A DNA stretch of 64,000 nt, from positions 83,886,001 through 83,950,000 of the forward strand of contig NC_043003.1 in NCBI RefSeq assembly GCF_006345805.1, in the 5' to 3' direction. This stretch comes from Octopus sinensis. Taxonomy: Eukaryota. Shown piece by piece: positions 50,698 to 64,000 of the stretch (its first letter is position 1; every line of letters starts with the position of its first letter). The position numbers and the translations under genes were made by a program. The notes under the pieces are model-generated. The model was not told the origin of the DNA, ran no database searches, and saw nothing but the letters and a program-made list of their open reading frames with translations.

Positions 50698-51110
50698 TAT
50701 TTCTTTACTACCCACAAGGGGTTAAACACAGAGCGGACAAACAAGGACAGACAAACGGATTAGTCGATTACATCGATCCCAGTGCGTAACTGGTACTTAT
50801 TTAATCGACCTCGAAAGGATGAAGGCAAAGTCGACCTCGGCGGAATTTGAACTCAGAACGTAGCGGCAGACAAAATACCTATTTCTTTATTACCCACAAG
50901 GGGCTAAACACAGAGGGTACAAACAAGGACAGACATAGGTATTAAGTCGATTACATCGATCCCAGTGCGTAACTGGTACTTATTTAATCGACCTCGAAAG
51001 GATGAAAGGCAAAGTCGACCTCGGCGGAATTTGAACTCAGAACGTAGCGGCAGACAAAATACCGCTAAGCATTTCGCCCGGCGTGCTAACGTTTCTGCCA
51101 GCTCGCCGCC
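50698..51110 (-). mobile_element. Tandem dimer of SINE family A
   Basis: Two consecutive copies (5'-truncated 50698-50881, full 50882-51110) flanked by tacttacatacatatt. Confidence 0.85.
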
Positions 51111-52215
51111 TTACATACTTACATACATATTAACATAAAGAGTATTTGGTGGAACATTCCCAACAAAATATCTACCGAGTGCAAACATAACGGACCTGAC
51201 ATAGCTTTTTGGGATAGGAAAGAAAAGTCATGTACAGTCACAGAGGTTAGTTGCTTTGCAGATGTTAACACCTCTTCCAAAATAGCGAGGAGGGAGAACA
51301 TCCATGGACAACAGTTTGAAAACCACTGGTCCATTGCGCCTCCACACAAAGAGTATTACTAAATAGAAAGTAGAAGAAAGACATTGATACCTACCTTACA
51401 AAATGCATACACACATGCATACATACACATGTGCACACGTGCGCATATGCATGCACATACACGTATGCATACACAAATGCAGATACTCATATATGCACAT
51501 ACATATCCATCCATACATACATGCATACATACATAACTATCTACTAACCAACCTACCTACCTACCTACATACATACATGCATACATACATACATACATAC
51601 ATACATACATACATACATGTGTACCTACCTGCCTACCTACCTACCTACCTACTTACCTACCTACCTACCTACCTACCTACCTACCTACCTATCTGCCTTC
51701 CTACACACACACACACACACGTATTCAGTATCTGTCTAACTCCGATCTCATCTTTGAACACAAAACAATTACTGCTAATACATTCAGTTAATTAAATCTC
51801 AAGATGTTTTTAATCGTTTTACAATGTTAATTACTGTTCTTCTAGCCGATTGCTTTATATTTTTACTTTCGATTCTGGGAGGTGAGGGAAAATTTGCTAA
51901 ATTTTAATTACAAAGCTTATTCTTATTCTTATGGTTACGAATATTTCAAAGGCTGCTTGCATGTGCATTTGGAGTGTCTTTCCTTAAATAAACTCTCTGA
52001 TAAACGAAAACACTACCATTATTTATGGATAAATTTCTAATATTATTTTAAGTTGTACAGTTATATTTCTGGCTAATTATATAATCAGTCTAGTTAGGAC
52101 ATTGCCCTTAGCTTTCACGAAGTTCTATAGAACTTTGGTATGTCACTGACGCTGTGTTCATGGCGAAAACAGGTATGCTTTGTTTTTGATACGCCTTGTA
52201 GATATTGTAATTCTC

Positions 52216-52274
<59 letters not shown>

Positions 52275-52370
52275 TCTCTCTCTCTCTAGCAACTTATCCA
52301 TGAATATATTTATATTCCGTTTTTGGATTTGGTTTGCAATATTCTTTATATGAGTTCGTGTGTTGAAGCA

Positions 52371-52570
52371 TATTCTGTTATGTCTAGGGAGAGTCATTCT
52401 CTTTTAGTGCCTTATTATTTAACTATAAAAGTCAAGACTATTGAAAAGGTTGCAAGACGCAACGAAAATTTTAGAAAATAAAAAATAAGAAATAAGTGGA
52501 AATTTTACTGGTGAGAGTGTTAAATAATAAGTCACTAAAAGAGAATAACTCTCCCCAGACACAACAGAAT
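52371..52570. mobile_element. MITE with ~50-bp TIRs
   Basis: tattctgttatgtctagggagagtcattctctttt...ttaac is inverted to gttaaataataagtcactaaaagagaataactctccccagacacaacagaata. Confidence 0.65.
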
Positions 52571-52689
52571 ATTTATATTTCACTTTTCATTTTTACTTAA
52601 TGAAATATATATTTAATTCATTTTCAATGTTTATCCCTGTTAGCCATACTTTTCCCTTCTAAATTGCTTTGTTAAGATCTAAATAAAGA

Positions 52690-52985
52690 GATGTTTGATG
52701 GAGCAAAATCTGGGGAATGGTCCAGAACAATTTCCGCAACTTACGCGGTATGAGATCGAACATTATCTTGATGAGAGAGACTCCCAGTAGTTTATTGAAA
52801 CAGTCTTCAAATGGTGAAGTTGCTGACAATAGACTTCAGAAATGATTCCTCCAGAAGGTCCTGAACGCTCATAATGAAGAAATCTTTCAATATTCCACCG
52901 AACACCGAATAAAATTTTCTGCGGGTGGAGTTTACCTCATGGATATGGTACAAGCTTTTGATTTGGGCTTAGTCACTGTCTGCAG
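52690..52985 (-). mobile_element. Degenerate mariner (DD34D-type) transposase fragment
   Basis: Frameshifted remnants SEVYCQQLHHLK, QDNVRSHTA, HSPDFAPSN. Confidence 0.6.
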
Positions 52986-53318
52986 TGCATGGTATTGTTG
53001 TGAATAACCCATTTCTCAACTTCACTCACGATCCGGTTTTAATCATTTAGTATTTAAACCGGCCATATCCCGCCCAAATATGCTACCCGTTTTACGTTCC
53101 AACCAACTAGATCCAGCCTATTACACTTACCCTTCAATGTCATTATAAAATAAACAATTACATCATCAAAACTTCGAAGCTACCAAACAATGCATGATTT
53201 ATTGAAAACAATGTTAATGTAAAAACATTATACATTCATACATATATACGTACATACGTATGTACATACATATATACTTACACACACACATATACATACA
53301 CACAGAAAGTTACATATA

Positions 53319-54506
53319 CACAAGGGTTGGGCAAAATAATAGAAACACCTTAAAATTTCAAGCAAATTTATTTTAATATGGGGTAGGACCGCCTTTGGCA
53401 GTAATTACAGCTTGGATTCTACGAGGTATGGACTCGTACAAAGTTTGAATTATTTCCAAAGGAATTTTTGTCCATTCTTCAGCTAAAACAGTCTCCAGTT
53501 CTTGTAGTGATGATGGTAGAGGATATTGACACCTTACTTGTTTTTTTTATTGAGATCTGGTGAGCGTGGTGGCCAGATAAAATGTTGAACTTCACTAGAA
53601 TGTTCCTCGTGCCATTCAGTAACAACTTTAGCAGTGTGAATTAGTGCATTATCATTCTGAAGATTGCGTTTCTCTCTGGAAACAGTTCCGCAAACATAGG
53701 ATGAATTTGATCCGATAAAATGCTTAAATAATCTTGACTATTAATTCTGCCATGAAGGGAAACCATTCGGCGGGCGGATTTCTAAGATGTAGCCCCCCAC
53801 CCAGATCATCGCAGATCCTCTTCCATGTTTAACAGTTAGAAGAAGGCAGTCTGGGTCAAATGGTTCTTTTGGCTGTCTCCATACGTATACTCGGCCGGTG
53901 GTCAGAAATAAGGTAATGGATGACTCGTCCGAGAAAATAACATCCTTCCACTGCTCTAGGGACCAATTCTGTAGGTTTTTACCCCACTCTAAACGCTTTG
54001 CAACGTTTGTTTTTGAAAGTAGTGGTTTTCTGATTGCAGCCTTCCTGTGAAATCCGGCTTTGTGCAGCTCCTGGCGAACAATTTCTCAATGTGGTCATTA
54101 AGCTCTGCAGTAATTTTGGTAGCTGTACTTTTGTGATCCTTTCTAACAATTCGCGTAAGAGTCCGACGGTCCCTATCTGAAAGTTTTGATTTTCTTTCGG
54201 AATTTTGTTTCGGCGAGGAGGTTTTTCCCTCTTTCTCAAAGGCTGTCATTACTGTCGAGACGGTACTTCTTGATACACTAAACATTTCGGCTGTTTTCGT
54301 TACGCTAGCGCTTGCCATACGAGCCCCACGAAAAGTCCGATTGATATGTCATTTTAATGAATTTTAATTACCTTTTTCTGATGATATCAAACAACACTAA
54401 TAATAAATCAAAAACATAAAAATAAACAAACTTTTGACGGTTTTATAGATATTTCATAATTATGATGCTATGATGCTAGGTGTTTCCATTCTTTTGTCCA
54501 ACCTCT
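53319..54506 (-). mobile_element. Near full-length degenerate Tc1 transposon
   Basis: ~30-bp TIRs (gggttgggcaaaataatagaaacacct / aggtgtttccattcttttgtccaactctg-TA). HTH ORF 53989..54318; downstream WKDVIFSDES, QNDNA, WPPRSPDLN in shifted frames. Confidence 0.88.
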
Positions 54507-54916
54507 GTATACACATACACACACACAGGCACACACACACACACACAGAGGCACACACACACACGCACACACACACACTTATACATATATACACACATTT
54601 ACATACCCGTATGTATGTATGTATGTATGTATGTATGTATGTATGCTTATATGCATACGCATATGTGTGCAGGCGCACTCGCATATCTACAATATATATA
54701 TATATGAGTATTGTGATTACGAAAGGATTAGCTCTATCTACAGATTGTAGTACAGAGATAACAGGAAGTAGTTGATAGAATAATCAAAAATAATTACTGG
54801 AATTTCAGGAAACAAACGATGTAGTGTGTTGTCGGAAATTTATTCAGTAAATTCTTTTATGCGGAAACGTTCAGAACCTTTTGTTCAGCAAAGATCCAAA
54901 GAAGTGGGGGTAGGTC

Positions 54917-54968
<52 letters not shown>

Positions 54969-55829
54969 CACCCTCCACACTCTCTCATATATGTGTGTGA
55001 ATATGATTGCTATATCAATATATGCGGATATATGTCTTTATGCGCATAGATATACACCCCAGCCATATATATACATACATAGATGTCCACATACATACAT
55101 ACATACTTATATACATACATACATACATACATACATACATACATACATACATACATACATACATACATACATACATACATACATACATACATACATACAT
55201 ACATGCATGCATGTATACACACACACACGCACATATATATATATATACAAACACAATATACACACTCATATGTATATATGTACACATGCATGTTTTTACA
55301 TTCAAATATTCATACATATAAATACATGCACGCACCCGCATACGCACGCACGCACACACACTCATACACTCTCTCGCACACACTCATACACTCTCTCACA
55401 CACACATATTTAAAAGCGCCTGTTTAGAAATACCGAACTAGAGGGGCTCAAAGCGTAAGGTCACCGAGAATTAACATACATTAATAAAATTACTTCACTA
55501 GAAACAAAAGCATGATTGAACCATTCAACATTTTCAAACGAATTATTAAACATGTAAAGACGTCTCCAAAATTTTCCCAGTAATATTTCTAATTTTAAAA
55601 CCAAGGGTTTCAATTTTATAACTCCAGATAAATAGTTCACCTCTATCTGTAACAGGGTTCTCCAAAACATTTCGTTCTATTAGCCGACAATTAACTTTTT
55701 ATAAGTAAATTTTCTCTCACTCTGTTTTGTTCAGTAATTTGAGTTTACACTTCTACCACAGAATAACAATCAAGGAAAAAGAAGATTAAAATTCTTTATT
55801 GTTCTTTACAGGATAGAATCTTCGGCCGT

Positions 55830-56130
55830 GTATAGAGCAATGGAAAAGGTAGATGCTTTGAGACGTGAATCTTTCGCAGATTGGGATGTCGTACTAGAAA
55901 AGCTAAAGAAAGACGCCTATTGTCAAGAATCATATCCACAAAGGCTTTATATTTTAGATATACACTGCACCACGAGTCATTACCCAAGACTATCCTGGCA
56001 GGAGGCTTGGAGAAAAGAGCAAGAGATTGTCAAAGACGCTTGTGGACTGACTACACCAAAGAATGGGCTGACTGATTGTATGCATGCTGCATAACACAGA
56101 AAGAACTGGAGTGTTTTGGCAAACCAACCA
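55830..56130 (+). mobile_element. RTE-like C-terminal remnant
   Basis: LYFRYTLHHESLPKTILAGGLE..R.R..QRRLWTDYTKEW resembles the YFGH..R..SL.K.I.QG...G.R.RGR...W.D..KEW end of RTE ORFs. Confidence 0.55.
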
Positions 56131-56159
56131 CTGGACATAGGGAGGACATATGGTTCGTT

Positions 56160-57410
56160 GATGTTTTTCTCGATCTGGTCGACAAAATTCTGTCAATATT
56201 GAGCTTCTGAAAACTGTAGTTTAGGAAAACCCAAAACAAACTTCCCAAGAATTAGCGAAACAGTTCAATTCAAATCACACTTCGATCATAAAACACTTTC
56301 ATTAACTAGTAAGAGTATTCAAACTTGATCATATTAGCGAAACAGTTCAATTCAAATCACACTTCGATCATAAAACACTTTCATTAACTAGTAAGAGTAT
56401 TCAAACTTGATCATATTAGCGAAACAGTTCAATTCAAATCACACTTCGATCATAAAACACTTTCATTAACTAGTAAGAGTATTCAAACTTGATCATACCA
56501 CATATTTTTTCCTCATCATCTGAATGATTTTAAAATTAATTAAAAGTTACTATTTACTCTTCAATGATAAATTAAGAGCAACCTTTGATTAAACTAAGAA
56601 GCAGTTAGATGAAGAGAAACCCAATGACCAAGGTTAGATACTTTTCTTAGCTCATGAAGGTGTTTTATGATCGAAGTGTGACTTGACTTGAACTGTTTCG
56701 CGAATTCTTGTGCAGTTTGCTTTAGAGTTTTGGTTATCATTGAAGAATAAGAGCGATGTTTATCTTTTCCCAGGTAGAATCATCACAAGTGATGAGAAGT
56801 CGGTTCTCCATGATGAAAACGACAATAGTTAGCACCTAATGAAAAAGGGGAACTCCATCCCTAAATAGGGACGACACTAAAAAGTTTCGCTCGGTGGGAT
56901 ATGAAAAGATTCGTCCCTCATGAAGTGATAAACCAAAACGAAACAGTTAATGAGAAGTATTGTCACTGATTGGAAGCATTGCACAGAAATTCGAAGAAAA
57001 TGTGCCCATCTTTGATCAAAGGGGTGTTGGTTTTAAACAATAATGCAAGACCACATATTGTCCAAGTCATTTGGGAAAAGGCTATGGCACTAAATATGGA
57101 AATTTTATTTCATTCTTCTTGCTCTCATCACCTTGCTTCAATCTGACCATAATAGTTTCAGATCATTGCAACATTAATTACTGGGAAAAGTTTATTAATT
57201 GTGAAAAGCCTAAAAATTATATGGAGTATTTCTTTGCTTCGAAATCAGAATAACTTTGCACCCGAAAATCAAGAATTTGGCAAATAGATGGGATATGTTA
57301 TCAATGGTGAGGGAGAATGTTAGTTTGATTAAATATATCAATTAAGATAACAAAAGCGTTTGTTTCTTATCCATCTTGAAATCCATAGGATTTTCTTTTC
57401 AACCAAATAA
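56160..57410 (+). mobile_element. Rearranged degenerate mariner transposon
   Basis: ENPKQTSQELAKQFN (HTH), RIITSDEKSV, WDMK, NNNARPH and SD..FRSLQ remnants. Internal 3x82-bp tandem plus an inverted copy. Confidence 0.75.
56251..56496. repeat. Perfect 3x82-bp tandem repeat
   Basis: Units start at 56251, 56333 and 56415. Confidence 0.95.
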
Positions 57411-58235
57411 AATTACATATGATACATAAATGGCTATTTTAGTTCCAAACTGCTCCAGTTGTGTATAACGCATTTTCATTCAGTCGGACGGCTATTCGCT
57501 GCTTCCTATATACCGGTGGCGACGAGTTTCGTCTAAGCATGTGGATGGTTGTGAGTAGTCGCCGTTGACAAGGCCCATCTAGACCAAAATGCATCTAGCG
57601 TTCTTGCTTACCGTAGCTGGGATGATTTTTCGTCTCTCTCTTATATATATTATTTTTTTAAACGCATGAAAGTCCATAAGAGATGTTATCTCGGACTAAC
57701 AGTGCAATAACTTGCCTCTCAGCTATGCATATACATTAAGTATGATATATAGATAGCTATTTTAATTTAATAGTGCTTCCATTGCGTTTATCGTATATAT
57801 ATATATAGCGATAAATTTCTATTGAATTTTTTGCTACCCTAAATTGATTAATTGATAATTTTCTGACTAATTCTGAGATTGAATCGGCAGTTTATATTTA
57901 CTGCTGATGGATTGGCGCGAATACGTTGGTCTTGAAAATTTTAAGACAGATATTCCGGAGGCATTGATACAGACGCCTCGTGTATATTTGTCTCTCCCAG
58001 GTTTTTTACTGATGAAGTGTGACCTATGGTAGATTAGCTTAATTTAATTTAATTAAGCTGGTTTATCATCAAAAACACAGAAACGATGCATCGTCTAAAA
58101 GATGAATTAGGGTAAACGTTTTTAAATTTTCACCTAATTTCTGAATTACTACTGCTTGGCGGTTTGAGTTCTGGCTGCTCTCTCTGGTGGACGAATGGCC
58201 TGTTAAGGCCATTCCTAAATTGTTATATATATATA

Positions 58236-58326
<91 letters not shown>

Positions 58327-58899
58327 TATATACTGTATGTATATAGTATAAAAGAGAGGAGGAGAATTTCGATTATCCCCACGTGGTGAGTTGTAATGCA
58401 AAAAATATATATGAAGAATAAAAAAGGAAAATGCACATAGTTTACATAGTTTTAATACATTTTTAAATATATTTTATAAGTGAAAGAGTATTGTGTTTGT
58501 CGACCAGTTTTGCTTTCGCTAATCATGTCATTGAAATTATTGTAATTTCGTATTTTTTAAAGATTTTAGTCCAAGTTGTGTGGAGAAGTTTGTGAATGAA
58601 TGATTAAACAAGTTGAAAACTATAAGGGGAGTCAATTGGTGATCGTTATTATTGAGGACAGGAGAGGTAATTGCTCATATTTCAGGGAGGGGATAAATAA
58701 ATATATATACAAAATCTCAAAAGCTAAAGTAGTGAGATGAAATATGTACAGTGATGGGTATGTGATCATGAATTAAAATATATACTGAGACCAAAGATGG
58801 TTATGCGTTCATATTTAGACGTGTTCTGTATTTTTCGATAAATAAATTTTCTTTATTTAAACGTTCTTTTACAGAAATTGTTTCTTTACATTGGTAGAT

Positions 58900-60020
58900 G
58901 GGGAAAACTGTGAAGTTTGGTTGGATATTACCTGCTCATCTCTCTATGAGTTCACTCAAAGAAATCTGTCTGTATTGCAGGAACCGGATCTGTTCCTTAT
59001 GTAACGTGGTTCTCTGTCTCAGTGTCATACTTGTCTGTCCTACGTAGTTATGTTCACAACCTGAAGTTTTAAGATAAATTAGATTCTTGGAAATTGGTTT
59101 TAATAGTGAGCCTCTCTCCTTGTTTGAATAGGAATTCCAAGCCTTCCAGTAGGTTGGTGTGTGTTCCACAGTTTGGGCGTCTACCTTTTCTAACCATTGG
59201 TTTCGTGGTTGTTGTGTAAAGCTTCGCATTTGTTAGAAGTCTTTTCAGCGATTTGTGTTACTTTTTGCATTTGGTGAATTTATTTGCTTTCAGAATGTCG
59301 TTCATTTTTGGATGCCTAGTGAGCATAGGTAGATTTTGTACAATAGTGTTGTATGCCTCATTATTTCTAGAGTTGTGAGCTGATATATACAGTAGTGTTT
59401 TGAGACGAGGTGTGGTGTTCGTGTTTTAATGCTTAATTTATTAGAACGCTTAGTTCCATCGTCTATAAGTGAGAGTGGATATTATCTTTCAGTTAGTGTT
59501 GCACTGAGGTCTTAAATAACGAAGGTCCCAAGCATTTCCATCAGACATTATTGTGCAAATCCTTTTTGCTAAATTAAAGGGAATATTTCTGTTGATGTGT
59601 TTCGAGTGGCATGAGCTAAACAGGAGGTATTGCTTCGAGTCCGTTGGTGTATGATAAATGTCAATTACAATTTGGTTGTTGAGATTTTTTCTAGCTGTTC
59701 TTTGCTATATTCCATTGTAAATTGAATGTTAGGGTTTATATTATTTAGTATTCATTTAAATTCCAAAAGTTTATCAACGGTCTCCTTCCAAATGATAAAT
59801 CATTCATCTAGGTATCGTTTCCACTTCTCTCTTATATGGCGGTGAAATGGATATCCATATTTTTCCAGTGACACTTCATATATAGTGAATTCAAAATATC
59901 CCATTAGTAGGTTCGCAAGAACAGGGACTGCTTTCGTTCCCATCGCAAGTCCGCATTTTAGACGATAGTAGGTGTCATCAAATAGGAAATAATTGTTCAG
60001 AAGTATTAATTTTAAAGTTT
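58900..60020 (-). mobile_element. Penelope-like element remnant (RT + GIY-YIG)
   Basis: NNYFLFDDTYYRLKCGLAMGTKAVPVLANLLMG, WKRYLDE, DIYHTPTDSKQYL..SSCH, then KNLIYL...YVGQT..LRQR..LH. Multiple stops and frameshifts. Confidence 0.88.
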
Positions 60021-60247
60021 CAATAATAAATTAATTAATGGTAAAATAAGTTTGATTAAAAATAATTGTAAGCCTGTTTATAATAATATTCACTTTTATA
60101 ACTCTAACGGCCTAAGAATAAAGACACTGTACTTATATATATACACACCAAAAATAATAAACGTACACTAAACATACAAACGCTAATACATGCATACATA
60201 CATATATACAAACACACAGGTAAAATATAAATATGAATGTATGTATG

Positions 60248-60279
<32 letters not shown>

Positions 60280-60377
60280 TGAATGTATGTATGTATGTAC
60301 GTATGTGTGTATGTATGTATGTACGTATGTATGTATGTGTATATGTATGTGTGTGTATGTATGTATGTATGTATATA

Positions 60378-60555
<178 letters not shown>

Positions 60556-61089
60556 TATATATATATACAGTCGACTAAAACGTGTTTTTAAAGATATCGA
60601 ATACCAGAAGAGATTTGTTTATTTTATTGTATTTTATTCTTTATTATAATTTTATTATTATTTTCATTGTTTACTTAATTACTTCCATTGCATTTATTTG
60701 TCATCATTGATTGTAATTCGATAGTGATGACAGAGTTTGAATGAGCTTATTAACAATTTTTGGGCACTTTTCGGCTGTCACTAAGTTTTGTCATTTAAAT
60801 TTCGCCGAGGTCAAAATTTCTATTATATTATATTGCAGTATTAATTAAATTTTTTAATTTTTTCAATCCACAATTTGAAGTTACACTATTTTAATATTCA
60901 ATATACCAGACAAACGAGTTTAAATATACTAGTGTGTGTATATACGTTATGGTGTATATACGTTTGTTTATGTATATATATATATATATTATATTATATT
61001 TTATATATATATATATTATATTATATTATAGATTATATATATATAAAAGTAAAACCACACCCTTTACAAAAATAATAATAATAATATAT

Positions 61090-61123
<34 letters not shown>

Positions 61124-62484
61124 CATATGTATATTATATATATATATGATTATGTTTCTTACTTGTTAACTAAATGCTTTGTAAAGGGTGGGGTTACACT
61201 TTTCTTATCCTGTTGTCAGTTAGATACTTGTAATGAATAGCTTCCTAGATTCTGAGCCAGGATTTGAAACTGAACGTACATTTTTCTACCAATTCCTTTC
61301 CTGTTGTTCTCGGCTTTTGTTCCCAGAAATTTATGAGAGTCAACTGTCACACTTAGTTCTATTGTTTAAGTTAACATTCTTGGGTTAAGTACATTCCGAG
61401 AGAGATAACGCCATTATATTCCATTGTTCTCTGACCTATATCCAGCTTTTCAACATATATAACTACAGTAACCAAATTCAGTTCTTTCCCTTTTTTTCTT
61501 TTGGCGCCGACGTAGGAAGCACTTTAGACAAGGGACTATACAGGCTCTACTTGTCTAGACTCTTACTCATCATCTCTGCTTGTCTTGACTCTTTTACTCT
61601 TTCTCTCTCCTTTTCTCACCAGTTTTCTAGCTGTCAGCAAAGGATGAAGTTAACCACCTACAGAATGGATAACAGAACGACGAAATAATTTGTATATAAT
61701 AAGTCGAAGATGTATCTTACATGGTGACTATGAAAATAAAGAGTCATTTCAACCAATTAATAAAATTTTTCTTCTTATTTATTGGATGACTATAAACCGT
61801 TACAATTTGATGATTATCGTTACAGACTTCTACATTTGAAACCAGACGGTGGTTTGTCTCTCACTTTGACTCATTATATAACCAATATTCCTGCTCCTCA
61901 AGGCGGTTAACTGACAGAATCGTTAGCATGCCGTGCAAGATGTTTAGCGGCGTTCTGAGTTCAAATTCCATTTAGATCGACTTTGCTTTTTATCCTTTCG
62001 AGGTCGATAAAATAAGAACCAGTTGAGTGCTGGGGTCGACGTAATCGACTTATTACCTCCGCCGAAATTGCTGGCCTTGTGCCAAAATTTGAAATCAATA
62101 TTTCTGCTCTCATCGCACCTCACTTAGTTTTTCTCTCAAGGTTTCTTTCAATCAATTTTTATTTATCTGAACAACTTAAATATACAAAGCAAGAATAAAA
62201 AAAAAAGTTAAACTTAACTTCATCTAACTTCATTTATTGGAATATAATAAGCTTTGTCTAGACAATAGATTTGGCTTTTCTATCATTCCACGACAGATTA
62301 GTTACTTATTACTAGAACAACGTACTCACTTCATACCTGTATTTTTTGTCTCCTCCTCGTAATTTTTGGTTTCCGTCCGTCTGTTTCTCCTTACCAGTCT
62401 CTCCCCGCCCCCTTTCTCTCTGCCTCAGTATTTAACAAGAGCGAAATACTACATTTCTTTCTTTTTTCTTTCCACCTTTCCTTC

Positions 62485-62520
<36 letters not shown>

Positions 62521-62926
62521 TGTATCTCTCTCATTATCTCTCACTCTTACACGCACACACATACACAATCCAGCAACTATATTTCATCGTTATCTCCTAA
62601 CAATTCCTCTCGTCCTATTTTTTTCTCAAACGAAAGTTTTTGAAAATCAGAACAACCCAATTACGTAAAAGTCTTTTCAGGAAGATAATAATTCTTTTCT
62701 TCTATTTTTACCTCTTCCTATCAACAAAGCATTTCAGAATTTGAACATTATAGATTGATGTGAACTCCTTACCTGGAATTTATAATATTAAAAAAAAAAT
62801 ATCGGTCTTAAGATGAAAATTATCAAACTTTCCTTTTATTGTTATTAACTAAGTATCCTAATATTTTTGCATTTGTTTGATATTAACTTGTGAATGAAAG
62901 GCGGCGAGCTGGCAGAATCGTTATTA

Positions 62927-63004
<78 letters not shown>

Positions 63005-63005
<1 letters not shown>

Positions 63006-63320
63006 CCAGTTCAGTGCCTGGAATCGAACTCGGAATCTTGAGGTTAGTAGCCCGCGCTCTTAACCACTACGCCATATGCCCGTGGGCATATTGTGTGTAG
63101 GGGTTAAGAGCGCGGGCTAAATAATAATAATAACAACAACAACAACAACATCGAACATACCTTAGGAATGAGAACTGAGGTTCGAAATTTCCCCAAGACA
63201 TCTGATGAACGCTGGATGGCCGAAACGTTGTGTTAACAACAAACAAGATGAGGACAAATATGTATCAATTGTAAGCAATGTAAATAATGTACATAATTCC
63301 TCAACTCTTAAATATAGAAC
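63005..63320. mobile_element. Composite element: head-to-head tRNA-like heads + (AAT/AAC)n + hammerhead-like tail
   Basis: Minus-strand head has A box TGGCGTAGTGG and B box GAGTTCGATTCC. Inverted repeat 63048-63119. The tail is shared with 39120-39305 and 40330-40420. Confidence 0.65.
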
Positions 63321-63599
63321 TGGAAGAGTTCTATTAAGAATTTGTGTGAGCACTGTAGGGTCTTATTGTCTACTGGCATTCAGCCTAATACTCTCGTCAA
63401 CTAATCTTTGCATGTATTTATGTAAATACATTCATTGAAAACTTCACACGGTGACTTGGTTTTAATATAGGGAACAACACACAGCCTAGCCAAAATATCA
63501 GTTACCCATTTAACCAGCTTCCACAGCAGCTTTGACATCTGTCGTCGGCGTTAACTCATATCCAAGTAGTAAACATGTAGCGAGCGATTGGACCTCTTC

Positions 63600-63965
63600 A
63601 TCCTGATAGGTTCGAAGGGTACCGGTACATAAGGTGGCTATTCTGGCCAACGGCAGTATAGAAGGGTCAGAGGGAATTTATCGCATTGTACGGTTGACGG
63701 AGGACGAAGAAGTGCAAATCTCCCTTTCTGTCCTCGACGTCTAATCTCTGCCTCATGACTTCTGTCATTTTCCATCTAGTCCGTTCCCTTGAAGATGACA
63801 TGCCGCCACTTTGGACGGTCCTTGGTGATTGTCTCCTAGGTATTTGGGTCAATAGAACAGCGGAGGAGAGTAACCTTGGGTTAGTCATGGAAACGGAATT
63901 TAAGGGCTCCGCGTGGTCTGGTGTCTGAGGCCAACTCCGCAAAGATAATTTTTCTGCCTTGGCAA
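63600..63965 (-). mobile_element. RTE (BovB-like) C-terminal remnant
   Basis: RKIIFAELASDTRPRGALKFRFHD*PKVTLLRCSIDPNT*ETITKDRPKWRHVIFKG, with in-frame stops. Confidence 0.7.
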
Positions 63966-64000
63966 CAATATTATCTCAAAACATTGACAAACACTGCTCT

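Noticed and set aside
54460-55427. Cluster of long HTHT/YIYI/MYVC ORFs (also 51403-51795, 60183-60649, 42631-43306, 46996-47280)
   Set aside because: These are translations of microsatellites or GA tracts, not genes.
56251-56496. CRISPR-like regular repeat
   Set aside because: The units are contiguous with no unique spacers, the context is eukaryotic, and the sequence derives from a mariner transposase.
58170-58215. GAATGGCC-ttaaca-GGCCATTC hairpin as a further hammerhead
   Set aside because: The stem is present but the CUGANGA and GAAA cores are not correctly placed.
63005-63083. Genuine tRNA gene
   Set aside because: A and B boxes are present but no complete acceptor stem; it is embedded in a repeat with an (AAT)n tail, so it is a SINE head.

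Overview
AT-rich, repeat-dense eukaryotic DNA. The SINE, RTE and microsatellite repertoire resembles an octopus/cephalopod genome (inference, not verified). One protein-coding gene is well supported: a minus-strand ZRSR2 (U2AF35-related, CCCH-UHM-CCCH splicing factor) orthologue. Nine coding exons were reconstructed by hand (32381 down to 3840, 967 nt). All introns are GT-AG and all phases are consistent. The 3' exon(s) with the second zinc finger were not found and are presumed to lie off the left edge. The rest is mostly mobile DNA: tRNA-derived SINEs, RTE LINEs, RLE-type retrotransposon fragments (R4/Dong-like, CRE-like), a Penelope-like RT/GIY-YIG remnant, Tc1/mariner/pogo relics, MITEs and foldbacks. 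Most notable: (1) a U6 snRNA-RTE LINE chimeric retrocopy in ZRSR2 intron 6; (2) a perfect 79-bp duplication of the ZRSR2 exon-4 3' splice site that creates a PTC-generating alternative acceptor in a 3'-splice-site factor; (3) several hammerhead-ribozyme-like motifs, one in a composite tRNA-head/(AAT)n/HHR element; (4) a Dong-like element inserted in (TAA)n; (5) nested long foldbacks upstream of the gene.
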